From Raja brachyura (Eukaryota), in the NCBI GenBank assembly GCA_963514005.1, contig OY740808.1, forward strand, positions 30,194,001 to 30,258,000: a DNA stretch of 64,000 nt, in the 5' to 3' direction. How positions within the stretch are numbered: position 1 is the first letter of the stretch; each line of letters begins with the position of its first letter. Both the position numbers and the translations under genes were made by a program. Below, one piece after another: positions 61,261 to 64,000 of the stretch. The notes under the pieces are model-generated. The model was not told the DNA's origin. It saw only the letters and a list, made by a program, of their open reading frames with translations, and ran no database searches.

Positions 61261-62815
61261 AAAAATAAAAATAAAACATCCTGATAAGCAGCAGCAAATG
61301 ATGGTGCATTCAAGTAAGATGAAAAGGTGTAACATGAGGGGAATTTTAGGCTCTGCAACAGGGCAATACTATTGCTGCATATCTAAGACCACTTCTTAAC
61401 ACAATTGATGGTTGAATTTACATATATTACTATTAATGATGTCCTATAGACCTCCTCTCTTTTCTTCTTGTAGAGGTTCCCTTAGAGCTAAAATCCAGCT
61501 CCACTTGAACAGGCCACATAGATACCACTCATGTAATGGAATGCCATTATTGAAATTGAATGTAGAAGCATGAGATAATGGTGATCAAACCTTGATTGCT
61601 GCCACTTAAACTGATTTCATAAATTTCAAATACAGCACGACTGACATGATTATATATTGTATTTGCACGTTTACTTATAAACAATGTTTTAATCCTCTCT
61701 GACCTATTGCGCTAAATCAGCTTTGAGACTAATTTTAGATTTTAAAATATAATTTCTTGTGATCCAATTAAAAATTCAACAGATGTAAAAACTACAGTAG
61801 ATGCCAGTGGTTTAATTAAATAAGAAACCTACATTTAATCACTGAAAGTTAACTGGAGAAAACAACATATGAACCGTAGTCTGATAAACAACAGTGTTTT
61901 ACAGTATTTGCTTTGCTGCTAAATGTGTAAATAAGTTTTTTTTAAAATCATTTATGACTTAAGCTGCAGCAGAATGATAAATAGTGCAAATGTTAGAAAA
62001 CATCAATGAAGTATAAATTACAGCTTTGAAAAAAATGCATTTTGGTTTTGTGATTGCAGCTAATAATGCATTTTCAATTAATATGGAAGAATGCAAATTT
62101 GTTGCACAATGCCCAGGGTGCTGCTTCTTTTTTATCTGTTTCCCTAATTCTTCTCTTCCAATTATCTTTCTAATGCGACAAAGGCAACTAAGAGGATCAT
62201 ATATTTCTTTAACCTTCCTAAGTCGATGTTTCCTGCTGAGCTGCAATCATTTTGTTAGTTTAACCATAAAGCACTTCGTATTTTACTCTGCCTGGAGATC
62301 TACAGGCCATTTTATTAGTAGCCCATCACAGACTTATCACTATATTGTGCGAATGGTTAATGCTGCTGCTGGAAATGAATGATTTTAAAATAATATTGCT
62401 TTAAAAAGCATCAAGACCACTTAATTTTACTCAACATGCTACATTAAACATTTTAAGTTTGGATAAAATACACGTTAGCATGTTTGGATTTTCATAATTT
62501 TTAGTTCTTTGCTCTCCCACAGTTGGCAGAGTGGGTACCAATGATTCCATTTGGGAACGGTTTGTACTGCTTCATCTAAATATCAGGGCGCACTGTGGCG
62601 CAGCGGTATCGTTGATGCCTTACAGCGCCAGAGACCCGGGTTCGATCCTGACTATGGGTGCTTGTCCGTATGTAATTTGTACATTTTCCCCGTGAGCTGC
62701 ATGGGTTTTCTCTGGGATCTCCGGTTTCCCCCCACAATCCAAAGGTATACAGGTTTGTAGGTTAATTGGCTTAATATAATTGTAAGTTGTCCCTACTGTG
62801 TGCAGGATAGCGTAA

Positions 62816-63405
62816 AGGGCCTGTCCCACCAGCATGCGACTCCATGCGGTGAGCGCGACTAAACTGGAAGCGGGGGACGTACGGAGGTCGTGTGAGTGGC
62901 GCAAAGTGGCGCGAAGTTGGAGCGAAGTCCGCGGTAAGTTCGTAAGGACAAAGAGGGACACACAGAGAGAGACACGGATGCACACAGAGAGGGACACGGA
63001 GCACACAGAGAGGGATACGGAGGCACACAGAGAGGGACACGGAGGCACACAGAGAGGGAGGCACACAGAGAGGGACACGGAGGCACACAGAGAGGGAGGC
63101 ACACAGAGAGGGACACGGAGGCACACAGAGAGGGACACACAGGCACGCAGAGAGGGACACGGACGCACGACGTTGAGGTGGTGCGTAATGCGCCGAGGCG
63201 ACTGCGGGCCGACAGACCGTTGCCGCGCAACATTTTTGAACACGGTCAGTTTTTCGGAACCCCGCGCGATGTCGGGACCATCTCCGCACAACTCCATACG
63301 GCTCCGACGATCGAAGTGGGACCGGCCCCGCGAGGCCGGAGGGCTCAAGCGACTATGCTAGGTCGCGCTCACCACATGGAGTCGCATGCTGGTGGGACAG
63401 GCCAT
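62816..63405. mobile_element. PIF/Harbinger-type MITE, 44-bp TIRs
   Basis: TIR AGGGCCTGTCCCACCAGCATGCGACTCCATGCGGTGAGCGCGAC (2 mismatches between ends); flanks TAA and TTA. Confidence 0.85.
62952..63165. repeat. Minisatellite, unit about 22 bp (ACACAGAGAGGGACACGGAGGC), with 16-bp variants
   Basis: About 10 tandem copies inside the MITE. Confidence 0.92.
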
Positions 63406-63559
63406 TTAGTGTATGGGGTGATCGCTGGTCCGTGCGGACCCGGTGGTCCAAAAGGCCTGTTCCATGCTTTATCTCTAAATTAAATTGAACTCTGAATAAG
63501 TCTCCAAGCTATATTTGATTTTTAAAAATATATTACTACTTTGTAACTGTCATTATATT

Positions 63560-63658
63560 CTGAGACGATAAGAGGGTTTGACACAAAACATCGCCAATTC
63601 CATTTCTCCATAAATGCTGCCTCACCCGCTGAGTTTCTCCAGCATTTTGTGTCTACCT
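63560..63658 (+). mobile_element. Penelope-derived half-element, degenerate core
   Basis: ATGCTGCCTCACCCGCTGAGTTTCTCCAGCATTTTGTGTCTACC. Confidence 0.7.
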
Positions 63659-64000
63659 TAGGTAATTTGAAGTGCAGGTTAAAACATTGAGAACTTCATA
63701 AGAATTTGATTCTGACCCACTCAATATAACCTGCAAATTAAGTACACAGGTTCACTGGAAGTAATGTGCAACAGTAACCAAAATAATGTTAAGGTGGTAC
63801 TCACAAAAATACCAAAAATATTATCAATGAAGACTTTAAAAGCATAGAATAAAACATTGATCTGTGCATGCATTTTTCTACTGACAACGAATTCTGCTGT
63901 AATCCAGCAAAGGGATCTGTGTATAGAATTCTACTTTCTAACTATTCTGTGCGTAAATAAGTTTCTACTGCATTCTCTCTTGACTATCTCATAGCTCTAT

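Larger units (their letters stand above)
62586..63490 (+). mobile_element. V-SINE split by a MITE (SINE parts 62586-62812 and 63409-63490)
   Basis: tRNA head with GGTTCGATCC B box and V-domain; the SINE sequence resumes after the MITE with the CR1-type tail. Confidence 0.88.

Noticed and set aside
62586-62655. tRNA-like A/B boxes (also at 4121, 21189 and 40230-40277)
   Set aside because: These are SINE heads, not cloverleaf tRNA genes.
62952-63165. CRISPR-like repeat array
   Set aside because: Contiguous tandem units without unique spacers, in a eukaryotic context.
62620-63483. Long ORFs of 242, 175 and 172 aa
   Set aside because: Produced by the stop-free minisatellite and the GC-rich MITE.

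Overview
Eukaryotic, AT-rich, repeat-dense DNA from a vertebrate. The repeat complement (HE1/V-SINEs, HER1/CR1 LINEs, Rex1/Babar LINEs, Penelope-like elements) points to a cartilaginous fish, most likely a skate or ray (inference). No intact long ORF is present: the ORF track is LINE or transposase debris plus noise. The only credible host coding sequence is a minus-strand terminal exon at 47910-47980 (...SPNKKKRVEILDEIMDDVEGED*), with one or two phase-compatible small upstream exons; I do not recognise the gene. If this model is right, 48-64 kb is intronic and 1-47 kb is 3'UTR or downstream sequence containing TE-poor, CNE-like blocks. The most notable features are: (i) about 14 non-coding Penelope-derived inserts carrying a minimal hammerhead motif (CTGAAGA-stem-GAAACGTC), found as palindromes, half-elements or 24-bp stubs, many with clean 10-15 bp TSDs; (ii) a 38-bp TIR element with an 8-bp TSD; (iii) a non-autonomous Helitron spanning a 208-N gap; (iv) a Harbinger-type MITE with an internal minisatellite inserted in a SINE; (v) an IR/DR Tc1 element nested in a Rex1/Babar LINE; and (vi) an unexplained multi-stem fold at 2397-2569. 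Boundaries of old repeats are approximate, and family names come from motif recognition, not database searches.
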